A DNA stretch of 64,000 bases, taken from Bacilli bacterium (GTDB lineage Bacteria > Bacillota_I > Bacilli_A > ML615J-28 > CAG-698). This document shows positions 30,237 to 40,400 of the stretch, one piece after another (the stretch's first letter is position 1; every line of letters begins with the position of its first letter). The stretch is taken from the NCBI GenBank assembly GCA_017962745.1, contig JAGCUR010000003.1:459-64458 (forward strand). The letters are read 5' to 3'. The notes under the pieces were generated by a model. The model had not been told where the DNA came from, searched no databases, and was given only the letters and a program-made list of their open reading frames with translations. The position numbers were made by a program, and so were the translations under genes.

Positions 30237-31185
30237 CGATTAAGATTAATTGGATGAATTGAACTAAGATGTAAAACGCAGCCCCTGCCATAAGCAAGCT
30301 ATCAAAACGGTCTAGCACACCACCATGGCCTGGGAAGATATTGCTATAGTCTTTAATATCGTATGAACGTTTAAACTTAGATGCAATTAAGTCACCAAAT
30401 TGACCCATGATTGAAATGATTACTGATATTAAAAATACCACTAGTACTAAGATGATATTAGCGAAGACGCTAATGCTAGCATCAAATGATACAATTTGGA
30501 ATAAGAATGCTCCTGCTGTACCAAGGATTGCTCCACACAATCCACCAGCGATTGCTCCTTCTACACTCTTGTTCGGGCTAATGTCTGGACATAATTTATG
30601 TTTACCAATCTTACGTCCAATTAAATATGCGAATACATCTGTAGTAGTAACTATTAAAAATACATAAGCAAAGCTTCGACCACCAAATCTACTCGAAGGT
30701 AGAATGGTAGATGATGATACTGGCTGCAAGTATTCAATACTTGCCGCAAGACCCATTATTATTCCGCAGTAACAAATAGTTGTAGCGCAAGCCATCATAT
30801 CTTTGGCACCACTGCCTTTGATAAATAGCGTAGTTGCAAAACAACTAGCGATAAATAACGCTACTGCTGTTAAAACCCAGAAGTTATAAAGCAGTTTAGT
30901 TCTAATCGCTTGATATGTCATTTCCCCATCGTCAATAAATATATCTGATCCAAAACCAAATTCAGCTGATAAATACATTAAAAAGACGATAATGACACAC
31001 ATTACAGGAACAATATATTGTAATGTTTTAAGCGTTGGATAAGAACGATAAAACATATGCATCATTTCATATGCACCCATACCTGCTAAGAATAATGCTA
31101 ATACTAAAAATGGAATACCACCAAAATATACACATGGTATTAACACACACGCAAGTATGATGCCTGTGATTACTCTTTTTTTCAT
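30229..31185 (-). CDS. cdsA: Phosphatidate cytidylyltransferase
   Basis: SKFKRSYDIKDYSNIFPGHGGVLDRFDS signature. Start reassigned to MKKRVITG (31185) because GGAGGA lies 6 nt upstream. The track ORF extends to 31239. Confidence 0.88.
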   Translation of the reverse strand: MKKRVITGIILACVLIPCVYFGGIPFLVLALFLAGMGAYEMMHMFYRSYPTLKTLQYIVPVMCVIIVFLMYLSAEFGFGSDIFIDDGEMTYQAIRTKLLYNFWVLTAVALFIASCFATTLFIKGSGAKDMMACATTICYCGIIMGLAASIEYLQPVSSSTILPSSRFGGRSFAYVFLIVTTTDVFAYLIGRKIGKHKLCPDISPNKSVEGAIAGGLCGAILGTAGAFLFQIVSFDASISVFANIILVLVVFLISVIISIMGQFGDLIASKFKRSYDIKDYSNIFPGHGGVLDRFDSLLMAGAAFYILVQFIQLILIGA

Positions 31186-31274
31186 AGTTTTCCTCCAAAG
31201 GAAATAATAAGCTTTAATAGACAATAAGAGTATGATCAAGTAAATTCATTTTACTTTAATCATACTCTGCCATA

Positions 31275-31832
31275 TTATAATTTCATAATACTTTGTTCTT
31301 TTTCTTTTACTAAAGTATCAATCTTACCAATATATTTATCAGTTAATTTTTGAACATCATCTGAATAACTCTTTAAGTCATCTTCAGTAATTAAAGAATC
31401 TTTTTCTAAAGACTTAAGTTGTTCGATTGCGTCTCTTCTAATGTTACGCATCGATACTTTTAAGTTTTCCCCAATTGAATGAGCTTTCTTAACATTATCT
31501 TTTCTTGTTTGCTCAGTTAAAGCAGGGAATGTAATACGAATCATTGTACCATCATTTTGAGGAGTTAAGTTTAAGTCAGCTAATTGAATTGCTTTTTCGA
31601 TATCTTTTAAAATTCCTCTATCAAATGGTTTAATTGTTAATAGTTGTGCTTCTGGAACAGCGATTTGAGCTAATTGGTTAATTGGCATTTCGCTACCATA
31701 ATATGAAACATTGATTCCGTTTAAGACACTTGGATTAGCTCTTCCTGTACGAAGTTGTGATAGTTCATTGTTTAAACCATCGATTGCTTTTTCCATTCTT
31801 TGTTCGCAATTAGCGATAATTGTTTCTGGCAT
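31275..31832 (-). CDS. frr: Ribosome recycling factor
   Basis: Typical 185-aa RRF with LRTGRANPSVL and IRNIRRDA. Confidence 0.95.
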   Translation of the reverse strand: MPETIIANCEQRMEKAIDGLNNELSQLRTGRANPSVLNGINVSYYGSEMPINQLAQIAVPEAQLLTIKPFDRGILKDIEKAIQLADLNLTPQNDGTMIRITFPALTEQTRKDNVKKAHSIGENLKVSMRNIRRDAIEQLKSLEKDSLITEDDLKSYSDDVQKLTDKYIGKIDTLVKEKEQSIMKL

Positions 31833-31844
31833 ATATCCTCCTAA

Positions 31845-32555
31845 TTAGTTTTCAATAAGCGTACCGATTGAAAAATCAGTTACGGCTTTTTTAATATTAC
31901 CTTTTACATTCATATCGAATACGATAATCTTAATGTTATTTTCTCTACATAAAGTAGCTGCTGTTAAATCCATAACGCCTAACTTCTTATCGATTAATTC
32001 TGTATAAGTTAGTTTAGTATATTTCTTAGCATTTTTATTCTTACGAGGGTCATCATCATATACCCCATCAGTTCCATTCTTTGCCATTAAGATTAAACCA
32101 CAGCCTAAATCAGCACCACGAAGGGCTGCTGTTGTATCAGTAGAAAAGAAAGGCAAACCAATTCCTCCACCGAATACGACTACTTTATTATCTTCAAATG
32201 CTTCAAGTGCTTTTGATTTAGAATATAAATCAGCAACAGCTGGTACTTGGAAAGCAGTTAATGCTTTAGCTGGTACACCATTATTAATTAAAGCATTTTC
32301 GATTGCAAGAGCATTCATTACTGTTGCCATCATGCCCATATAGTCTGCATGAGTGCGATCCATTCCACTCAAGGCCGCATCTCTTCCACGCCAGATGTTG
32401 CCGCCACCAACAACGATACCAATTTCTAAATCGCCTAAGTTATATAAATCTTTAATCTCTAAAGCGATATTATTAACTTTTTCGTTATCGATACCTTTAA
32501 CATCAGCGCTTGTGCCTAGAGCTTCACCACTAATTTTTAAAATGATTCTTTTCAT
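31845..32555 (-). CDS. pyrH: UMP kinase
   Basis: MKRIILKISGEALG, with GGGNIWRG. Start placed at 32555, which has AGGAGGA upstream. The track ORF extends to 32591. Confidence 0.93.
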   Translation of the reverse strand: MKRIILKISGEALGTSADVKGIDNEKVNNIALEIKDLYNLGDLEIGIVVGGGNIWRGRDAALSGMDRTHADYMGMMATVMNALAIENALINNGVPAKALTAFQVPAVADLYSKSKALEAFEDNKVVVFGGGIGLPFFSTDTTAALRGADLGCGLILMAKNGTDGVYDDDPRKNKNAKKYTKLTYTELIDKKLGVMDLTAATLCRENNIKIIVFDMNVKGNIKKAVTDFSIGTLIEN

Positions 32556-32579
32556 TGTTTCCTCCTGGGCATAATATTT

Positions 32580-32608
32580 GCAAAAAGGCACAATAGTATT
32601 TGTGCCTT
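32580..32608 (-). terminator. Hairpin terminator/attenuator between tsf and pyrH
   Basis: aaggcacaa/tagtat/ttgtgcctt (32585-32608), followed on the minus strand by TTTTTG. Confidence 0.5.
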
Positions 32609-32614
32609 ATAGTT

Positions 32615-33499
32615 TTATAATGCAGCAGCAACTTCTGCAGCAAAATCGTCTTTTCTCTTTTCGATTCCTTCTCCAACTTCAAGGCGGATATAAGTTAAAA
32701 TCTTACCTTTGGCAGCTGATACATATTGTTCAACTGTTTGATCAGGGTTCTTAACAAATTGTTGATTTTCTAAGCAGATTTCTCTTAAGTATTTTTGTAC
32801 TCTACCAGCAACCATCTTTTCGATAATAGCTTCTGGTTTTGGTTTAGCTGATTCTGCATTTTCATTTAATGCTTCTTGTCTGAAGATTTCAGTTTCTTTA
32901 GCAACAGTTTCAGGATCAACTGCTTCTACATTTAAGTATTTAGGGCTCATAGCAGCTACATGCATACATACATCTTTTGCTACTTCTTCATTAGCGCCTT
33001 CTAAAATAGCGAATGAAGCAATCTTACCATTCATATGTGAATATGCACCAAATACTTGGCTATCAGTCTTAGTTAATTGTTTAACTCTTCTTAAAGTAAT
33101 CTTTTCACCGATTGTAGCAGTTGCGCTAACTAACATATCAGCTAACTTAGTTCCGTTATAAACGATTTCTAAAGCTTCTTCATCACTAGCAACAGTTTTA
33201 GTTAATAAAGCTTGACCGATTGATGCTACTAAATCTTTGAATTGTTGATTCTTAGCAACGAAATCTGTTTCACTGTTAACTTCAAATACAACAGCTTTAT
33301 TGCCATCGATTGCATAAGCACAAACACCTTCAGCTGCAATTCTATCAACTTTCTTAGCAGCTTTAGCGATACCTTTTTCTCTTAACCATGTAACAGCATC
33401 GTCAAGATTACCATTAGTTTCAACTAATGCTTTTTTGCAATCCATCATGCCGGCGCCAGTCATTTCACGTAATTCTTTTACTAATTGTGCACTAATCAT
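32615..33499 (-). CDS. tsf: Elongation factor Ts
   Basis: LVKELREMTGAGMMDCKKAL and TDFVAKN. Confidence 0.95.
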   Translation of the reverse strand: MISAQLVKELREMTGAGMMDCKKALVETNGNLDDAVTWLREKGIAKAAKKVDRIAAEGVCAYAIDGNKAVVFEVNSETDFVAKNQQFKDLVASIGQALLTKTVASDEEALEIVYNGTKLADMLVSATATIGEKITLRRVKQLTKTDSQVFGAYSHMNGKIASFAILEGANEEVAKDVCMHVAAMSPKYLNVEAVDPETVAKETEIFRQEALNENAESAKPKPEAIIEKMVAGRVQKYLREICLENQQFVKNPDQTVEQYVSAAKGKILTYIRLEVGEGIEKRKDDFAAEVAAAL

Positions 33500-33513
33500 G
33501 ATTTATCTCCTTA

Positions 33514-34449
33514 TTAATTATTTTCTTCTGTAGCTTCAGTTTCTGCAGCTACTTCTTCTTTAACTTCTTCTTCAACAACTGGAGCTTCTTCTACAGGAGC
33601 TTCTTCTGCTTTTACTTCTTCAGCTGGAGCAGCTTCTTCTGCTTTAGCTTCTTCAGTCTTAACTTGACGAGGTTTTCTTTCTTTACGAGGAGCACCTTCT
33701 TTAACTTGACGAGGTTTTCTCTCAGGTTTTTCTTCAGGTTCTTCAGGGAATTCAATAACGATTGGAGTTCCACCATTAGCTTCTACAACAGCGTTAGCAA
33801 GTGTAGCAACGATTAATTTAACGCTTCTAACTGCATCATCATTTCCAGGGATAACATAATCAACATCATCTGGATCACAGTTTGTATCGACTAAACCAAA
33901 AATTGGGATATTTAATTTTCTAGCTTCAGCTACTGCATTGTGTTCAGTCTTAGGATCTACTACTACCATAGCTTGAGGAATTTCAGTCATATCTTTAATT
34001 CCTGTGAAAAACTTATCTAATTTTTCTTTTTCTTTCTTGATTAAGATAACTTCTTTCTTAGGTAATACTTCAAATGTTCCATTTTGTTCCATAGCTTCGA
34101 TTTCAAATAATCTAGCAATACTTCTCTTGATAGTCTTGAAGTTAGTTAATGTTCCACCTAACCAACGTTGATCAACATAATATTGACCAGCACGTGTAGC
34201 TTCTTCTTTAATAACATCTTGAGTTAATTTTCTAGTACCAACGAAGATTACTTTTCCACCATTTTGAGCAATAGTGTATAAAGCTTTGTAAGCTTCTTCT
34301 ACTAAATCTTCAGTCTTTTTTAAATCTATGATATAGATACCATTTCTTTCTTCATAGATATACTCTTTCATTTTAGGGTTCCAGCGGCGAGTATTATGTC
34401 CGAAATGAACTCCTGCTTCTAATAAAAGCTTTTTACTAATTACAGCCAT
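33514..34449 (-). CDS. rpsB: 30S ribosomal protein S2 with a C-terminal charged extension of about 70 aa
   Basis: [19 protein letters not shown]. The tail contains two RKPRQVK repeats and an acidic run. Confidence 0.95.
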   Translation of the reverse strand: MAVISKKLLLEAGVHFGHNTRRWNPKMKEYIYEERNGIYIIDLKKTEDLVEEAYKALYTIAQNGGKVIFVGTRKLTQDVIKEEATRAGQYYVDQRWLGGTLTNFKTIKRSIARLFEIEAMEQNGTFEVLPKKEVILIKKEKEKLDKFFTGIKDMTEIPQAMVVVDPKTEHNAVAEARKLNIPIFGLVDTNCDPDDVDYVIPGNDDAVRSVKLIVATLANAVVEANGGTPIVIEFPEEPEEKPERKPRQVKEGAPRKERKPRQVKTEEAKAEEAAPAEEVKAEEAPVEEAPVVEEEVKEEVAAETEATEENN

Positions 34450-34590
34450 TTTTAATTTCCTCCATTTTATTTTGTTTCTTTGTCACATATCCGGCTAAGA
34501 TATATAACTCTTCCACCGCTATCTTAAATCTGCCTCCAATCCATAAACGCGACGGCAAATCTCCTCCGGTGTGGTTATTTTGACCTATAC
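34450..34590 (-). promoter_or_regulatory. Long 5' leader of rpsB, candidate structured regulatory RNA
   Basis: About 140 nt lie between the predicted promoter and the ATG. The region is locally GC-enriched and carries duplicated GGAGGnAGATTT. Two nested complementarities are possible: CACACCGG/CCGGatatGTG and CCGTCGC/GCGGTGG. Confidence 0.3.
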
Positions 34591-34591
34591 G

Positions 34592-34620
34592 ATTATATCA
34601 CGAAAAAGAGCTCAATGCAA
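34592..34620 (-). promoter_or_regulatory. Sigma-A-type promoter for rpsB
   Basis: Minus strand reads TTGCAT (34620-34615), a 17-nt spacer, then TATAAT (34597-34592). Confidence 0.5.
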
Positions 34621-34711
34621 GATTATAATTATTTATAACCCGCTATTGAGCTAAATTTAACCTAAATTATTATTTTAAATCAATAATTATTAATTGATTA
34701 TTTCCTACATA

Positions 34712-35155
34712 TTATTCTTTTGTAGTGCTGCCAAAGCCTCCAATTCGGGTATCTTTAGTACTATCATCATCCGCTTTAAGGTATTTATTAAAGATACCTT
34801 GAGCGATTCGATCCCCTCTTTTTAGCTCTACATCGGTATCATTTGTATTCTTTACCCAAATAATTATATGGCCATTATTGTCTGGATTATGGTAATAATC
34901 GCTATCCACAATCCCGGTTTGATTAACTAATTCTAAGCCTTTTCTAATCGATATACTGCTTCTAATATGAATAGCTAAATATTCATCTGATTGCATATAA
35001 GAACAAATATAAGTCTTAATTCCAACTTTAGTTTTAGCTTTTACGACTATATCTTCAGGGACATAGAAATCATAACCAGCGCTATTAATAGTAGCACGAG
35101 TAGGGATAATTCCTAATTCATTAAGCTTTTCAAAACCTCTAATTTTCATCTTCAT
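34712..35155 (-). CDS. dut: dUTP diphosphatase (trimeric type)
   Basis: SAGYDFY, IRSS, GIVDSDYY, RIAQGIF and the C-terminal RIGGFGST. Confidence 0.9.
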   Translation of the reverse strand: MKMKIRGFEKLNELGIIPTRATINSAGYDFYVPEDIVVKAKTKVGIKTYICSYMQSDEYLAIHIRSSISIRKGLELVNQTGIVDSDYYHNPDNNGHIIIWVKNTNDTDVELKRGDRIAQGIFNKYLKADDDSTKDTRIGGFGSTTKE

Positions 35156-36053
35156 TAACCTCTCTTTTAGCCCTTGGGAAGAATTCCATATATGCTTCTT
35201 TTAATTTCTCTTTTGATACATGAGTATAGATTTGCGTTGTAGATAAGTTGGCGTGGCCAAGCAGTTCTTGCACACTTCTTAGATCAGCCCCATTATCAAG
35301 CAAATGAGTAGCAAACGAGTGACGCAGCATATGGGGAGATATATGTAAATTGCTCGATGCTCTTTCGCATATATTATCAAGCACGACTCTTACTCCTCTT
35401 GGTGTAAGCGGTCCACCACGATGGTTTAAAAACAACGCATTGGTTTTAACCCCTTTTGCTTTAGCTAATAACTCGTTTCTAGCAAAATTAATATAATCTT
35501 TTAAAGCACTAATTGCTCCATCATATAAAGGTAAGTATCTTTCTTTATTACCTTTTCCCATAACAATTAAGTTCTTAGCGAAGTAATCGATATCGCCTAA
35601 ATTTAAGCTACACAGTTCGGATACACGCATGCCCGTTCCATATAATAATTCTAAAAGTGCATAATCTCTTTTACCAATGGCACTAACTGTATCAATGCTA
35701 TTAAACAATTCATCTAGTTCTTCAAAATATAAAAACTTTGGTAAAGTTTTATTTAGTTTAGGACTAGTCGCTTCCGCAAACACATTAGTCTTAACAACGC
35801 CTTCGCGATATAAGAATTTATAAAAAGAACGAAGGCTTGATAGTTTTCTTGCTACACTTCTAGGACTATATTCTTTTTCCATTAAATAAGTAATATAGTA
35901 TCTAGCGTAATTTGGTCTAGCATCAATCAAGTTACCATATTCTTCTCTTTTTAAAAATCTTTCAAATTCTAAGACATCGTTAACATAATTATCAACTGTA
36001 TATAAAGAATAGTTTCTTTCGACTCTTAAGTATTCCGCAAATCTCTTAATCAT
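35139..36053 (-). CDS. xerC: Tyrosine recombinase XerC-type
   Basis: R...HxxR...Y catalytic set ([26 protein letters not shown]). It lies immediately downstream of trmFO, as in Bacillus. Confidence 0.85.
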   Translation of the reverse strand: MIKRFAEYLRVERNYSLYTVDNYVNDVLEFERFLKREEYGNLIDARPNYARYYITYLMEKEYSPRSVARKLSSLRSFYKFLYREGVVKTNVFAEATSPKLNKTLPKFLYFEELDELFNSIDTVSAIGKRDYALLELLYGTGMRVSELCSLNLGDIDYFAKNLIVMGKGNKERYLPLYDGAISALKDYINFARNELLAKAKGVKTNALFLNHRGGPLTPRGVRVVLDNICERASSNLHISPHMLRHSFATHLLDNGADLRSVQELLGHANLSTTQIYTHVSKEKLKEAYMEFFPRAKREVNEDEN

Positions 36054-37345
36054 AATTTTACCTTCATTTCCTCAATTATGGCTAGAGATCTATTAGCATA
36101 AGCAAGCTTTCGCTCTTGCTTTTTCATCTTACCAGTTATCTCATCAAATATACCAAAGTTAACATTCATTGGCACGTAATTAGAATTCGGTGTAGCTACA
36201 TAATTTTGTAAAGCACCTAGGGCAGTAGATCTAGTGAAATCTAACATTTCTTCGCCCTTCAAAAACTTTGCCATGTTGATTGCCGCTACCATTCCACTAG
36301 CAGCACTTTCTAAATATCCTTCAACACCTGTAATTTGTCCCGCAAAGAATAAATCGCTGCGCTTTAAAGTTTGATAATATTTATTCAAAACTTTTGGACC
36401 TTGAATATAAGTATTTCTATGCATGACTCCATATCTAACAATTTCAGCGTTTTCTAAACCTGGTATTAATCTAAATACTCTTTTTTGTTCTGGCCAAAGT
36501 AGATGTGTTTGAAAACCAACAATGTTATACATTGTCTTAGCGGCATCATCTTGGCGAAGCTGAACTACCGCATATGGCATCTCACCTGTTTTAGGATTAC
36601 GCAAGCCAACTGGTTTCATTGGACCAAATAACAAAGTTTGTTTACCACGTCTAGCCATCTCTTCAATTGCCATACAGCCTTCAAATACTTTTAATTCAAA
36701 ACCTTTAATATCAGCTACTTTGGCATTAACTAATTCTTCGTAGAAATGATTAAACTCTTCTTCATTCATTGGGCAGTTATAATATGATGCTTCACCTTTA
36801 TCATATCTAGATTTAAGATATGCGATATCTTTATTAATTGATGCTTCTGCTACAATTGGTGCTACTGCATCATAAAAATATAAATCACCACTATCAAAAA
36901 ATTCTTTAATTTTTGCACTTAAAGCATCACTAGTAAGTGGCCCTGTAGCTATAATGGTTGGGCCAGCTGGAAGATCAGTCACTTCGCCTTCAATTACTTC
37001 GACCAAATCGCTCTTTCTTATATTATATGTAACTTCATTTGAAAAGCCGACTCTATCAACTGCTAGTGCCCCACCGGCTTCTACTTCATTATTTAGAGCG
37101 CACTTCATAATAAGTGAATCGAGCCTATTCATTTCTTCTTTAAGCAAGCCTACCGCATTTTCAATTGATCTAGCTCTTAGCGAGTTAGAACATACCAGTT
37201 CCGCAAAGTTAGCTGTTTTATGAGCAGGGCTAGACTTGCCTGGTCGCATTTCATATAATCTTACTTTAATCCCTCTTTTAATTAATTGGTAAGTAGCCTC
37301 ACACCCAGCAAGTCCTGCACCAATTACATTTACTACATAATCCAT
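36050..37345 (-). CDS. trmFO: Methylenetetrahydrofolate--tRNA-(uracil-5-)-methyltransferase TrmFO
   Basis: [14 protein letters not shown] motif, [12 protein letters not shown] and family-typical length. Confidence 0.93.
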   Translation of the reverse strand: MDYVVNVIGAGLAGCEATYQLIKRGIKVRLYEMRPGKSSPAHKTANFAELVCSNSLRARSIENAVGLLKEEMNRLDSLIMKCALNNEVEAGGALAVDRVGFSNEVTYNIRKSDLVEVIEGEVTDLPAGPTIIATGPLTSDALSAKIKEFFDSGDLYFYDAVAPIVAEASINKDIAYLKSRYDKGEASYYNCPMNEEEFNHFYEELVNAKVADIKGFELKVFEGCMAIEEMARRGKQTLLFGPMKPVGLRNPKTGEMPYAVVQLRQDDAAKTMYNIVGFQTHLLWPEQKRVFRLIPGLENAEIVRYGVMHRNTYIQGPKVLNKYYQTLKRSDLFFAGQITGVEGYLESAASGMVAAINMAKFLKGEEMLDFTRSTALGALQNYVATPNSNYVPMNVNFGIFDEITGKMKKQERKLAYANRSLAIIEEMKVKL

Positions 37346-37399
37346 AATTATACCTTCTCAACTAAAACCATTTTATCACAAATTAACATTAATTCATAT

Positions 37400-37437
37400 A
37401 ATAAAATAAACGCCATATGAAATTTCATATGACGTTA
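37400..37437 (-). terminator. Terminator after the 1133-aa lipoprotein gene
   Basis: acgccatatgaaa/tttcatatgacgt (37410-37437), followed on the minus strand by TATTTTATT. Confidence 0.6.
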
Positions 37438-37441
37438 AATT

Positions 37442-40400
37442 CTATTTTTCTTCTAATGATAAATAATATAGTAATGTACTAGTGGTATTCTTAGTAATCA
37501 TATGATTGCCTGCATCAATGGTTTCAATTAGTAATATTCCACTATCAGGGACCGTATAAACTATTCCATCTACTTTAATCTTCTTACCAGATGTAACGTG
37601 CATTGTTAATTTATAAGATTTAGAAGTAGTGAATGTTAAGGAAGTGGAACTTTCCATCTTTAAACCTTGTGAATAAGTAACTCCATCGATTGTAGCAGAT
37701 GTCTTTCCGTAATTTCCACTAGTTATAAACAATTCATTAGATGGCACGCCTTCAAATGTGCATTCTATTTTTTCTTTATTAATACTTAGGTTAGCTATTT
37801 CAATTTCAGCCTCTTCTAATTTCTTTATATTAGAAATAGTAACATCACTATATTTATCTAACAAATCATTTAAAGCGGCCCTAGCATCAATTACTAAATT
37901 AGCATTTTCAGTAGTAACCGGACTGATTATTGCTTCAATCTTTGCTTCTACTAATTCAATTCCTTTTTCTTTATAAGTTGCAAAACTGTTAACTAACTTA
38001 GTATTATCTACTTCATTTTGAAGATTGCCTAATTTGTTATAAGCAGCCAAAGCATCAATTAATAAGTTATAGCAATCATCATTATATTCTATAGCTTCCG
38101 GGATTAGGCTAACTTTATTATTATAATTTGCAATTAATCTAGCATTATATTCTTGTTCGCTATAGATCTCTAATACACATTTAGTAATTGTTGATTCTTT
38201 ATCATTTTTATTATTGTTACCAGTAAATGATTGACCACTCACTAATACATATGTACCTGCTTCTAATATGATTTGTTTTTCTTCGCTAGATAACGCCAAA
38301 ATAAACGTACCATCTAGTTTTAATAAATATGCTGGGGCATAGCCATTAGATGAAGTAGCAGATATAGTCAATAAATACCTGCTATCTATATTAAATACTT
38401 TTAAGACACCTTTACCTTTAGCGATATTTAAAGTTGTATCAGTTGTAATTTGGGTTGGTGTTATATTAGTAATATTAGGACCACTTTTAAGTAGGCAACT
38501 GCTTAATACTGTACGGTATCTAGACCCAGATCTTTCTAAGCACTCAATTCTAGCAACGCCTGCGCTAGTTATATAGCATTTACTAACTTTACTATCCTCA
38601 TCATAATAGAATAGATTAGGATTTGTATCAAAGTTTACATAACTGATAGCTCCATCTACACAATCTGAATTAACTAAATCATCTCTATTACTAGCAACGT
38701 ATGCATCATACGAATTATAACAACCGACTAGCACATTACCAAATGATTTGCATATACCAGTTGTTCCTTCTTCTTTGTATTCTACCGGTCGCGAGCAACC
38801 TAAATAATAATTGAATTCTGAATACATATAAGAGTTTGCTCTTAGGGAAGCAACCGTATCAGTAGTTCCATATATAAAATTATTATAGAAATGGATGTTT
38901 GCGCGTCTTGTTAAAGGCTGACGAGCTGAGCAGTTGTACCAAATGTTATGGTGATAAGTTAAGCAAAACTGTACACTAGTTTTACTAGAACCAACTAAGC
39001 TAGTTTTGTGACATCCTTCAAAATAATTATAACTGCAAGTAAAGTATCTACCACGTTTAAAGTCGCATGATCCATCGCCCTCACCTTTATCACTTTCAGC
39101 CGGATTTAGAATCGTTGGGCCAATAAAACAATTGTGGTGAATCCAGCATCTTTCAACTGATGCTGTTATAGTTAGGCTAGATTCGTTTTCCTGACCTTCC
39201 ATACCGATGGCATCTTCTGGTGTGTTGATAAATGTTAAGTTACGAACTTCAAAGTTCTTAGCTAAATCCGCATGGGCTGATTCACAAATTAAATGGAATC
39301 CCCATCCATCAATGATAGCTTCTTCTCCTACACCTTCAAGCGTTACATTTTTAGCAGATTTCATTCTTGCCATATGACCATTGTCACCAACGCTTCCACC
39401 ATAATCATAACCATTATATCCAGTTAAGCCATTTATTAAACTTGCGCTTTTTGCATCGAATGGTGCTACTTCATATAAACCAGAATCACTAACACAACCT
39501 ACAAATCTAATAACTAGTGGGATATTATCTTGCGCAAGTTTCAACAAGATACCTTGGTTAGTATTCCCTTTACCATAATATGTTTTTCCATCACTAACTC
39601 TTTTACATTCAGTCTCATGGCCAGCATCACCTGATGCTTCGCCTACTGAATTTAATATATTACCAATTCCTGTTACAGTTATTCCTTTATAAGTTAGGCT
39701 AACACTATTTTTATTTTCATCAGTTACATATAATACAATGGCATTTGGTTTTAAAGAGCCATCATCATTATATGCACCAATGCCTTCACTATAATTAAAA
39801 TGAGCATAGCCGCTTCTATCATATGCTTCTACTTCAATTAAATCTGTTTCAGCGCTTGATTCAATATATTCAGCGCCTTCAATAATAGGTATAACTCTAA
39901 ATTTATAGCTACCTTTAGGTAAGCCAAATATATCTACTCTAATAAGATTATTTACTTCTTGTAAATAGTAATCATTACTAGTTAATAATTTATCACCTAA
40001 ATAAAAATTATAACTAGTAGCATCTTCTAACTTGTTAAATAGGATTGTGGCAGTTTCTTCAAACCCAGCGCTTGATATTAAAGATATTTTAGAAGTTGTA
40101 ATTATCTTTTTGTAAGTAGCAATTAGGTTAGTATCTTCGTTAAATATATAACTATCTAAATCCACTAATTGGTCTGTTCCTAATTTATACCAACCAACAA
40201 ATTCATATTTTTCTATAGTTGGTGCATTTAGTATATATTCTAGTTTTGTACCTTCATCAATAACTTCAGTTTTAATTTCACATCTATCCACATCATGAAA
40301 AATTACATTTACTAATTTAATCCATTTAGCATGTAATGTGAAAGAACTATTAACAATACTATTAAAATCATATCCAGTTGTTAAATTAGCATCAATAAAC

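Noticed and set aside
31186-31239. N-terminal extensions of track ORFs. This entry is cdsA. The same applies to pyrH (32556-32591), coaE (50036-50074), the 413-aa lipoprotein (56017-56058), the 129-aa ORF (49447-49470) and the 316-aa ORF (6316-6363).
   Set aside because: In each case an internal ATG has a strong GGAGG-type RBS at 5-9 nt, except the 316-aa ORF, whose internal ATG has only a weak GAGTG and is chosen because the longer start runs into an upstream hairpin. Each internal start yields the canonical family N-terminus or signal peptide; the other longer starts lack an RBS.
35139-36053. Tyrosine recombinase as a marker of an integrated mobile element
   Set aside because: It sits in the conserved trmFO-xerC context, overlaps dut by 17 nt and has no flanking repeats or cargo. 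It is the housekeeping Xer recombinase.
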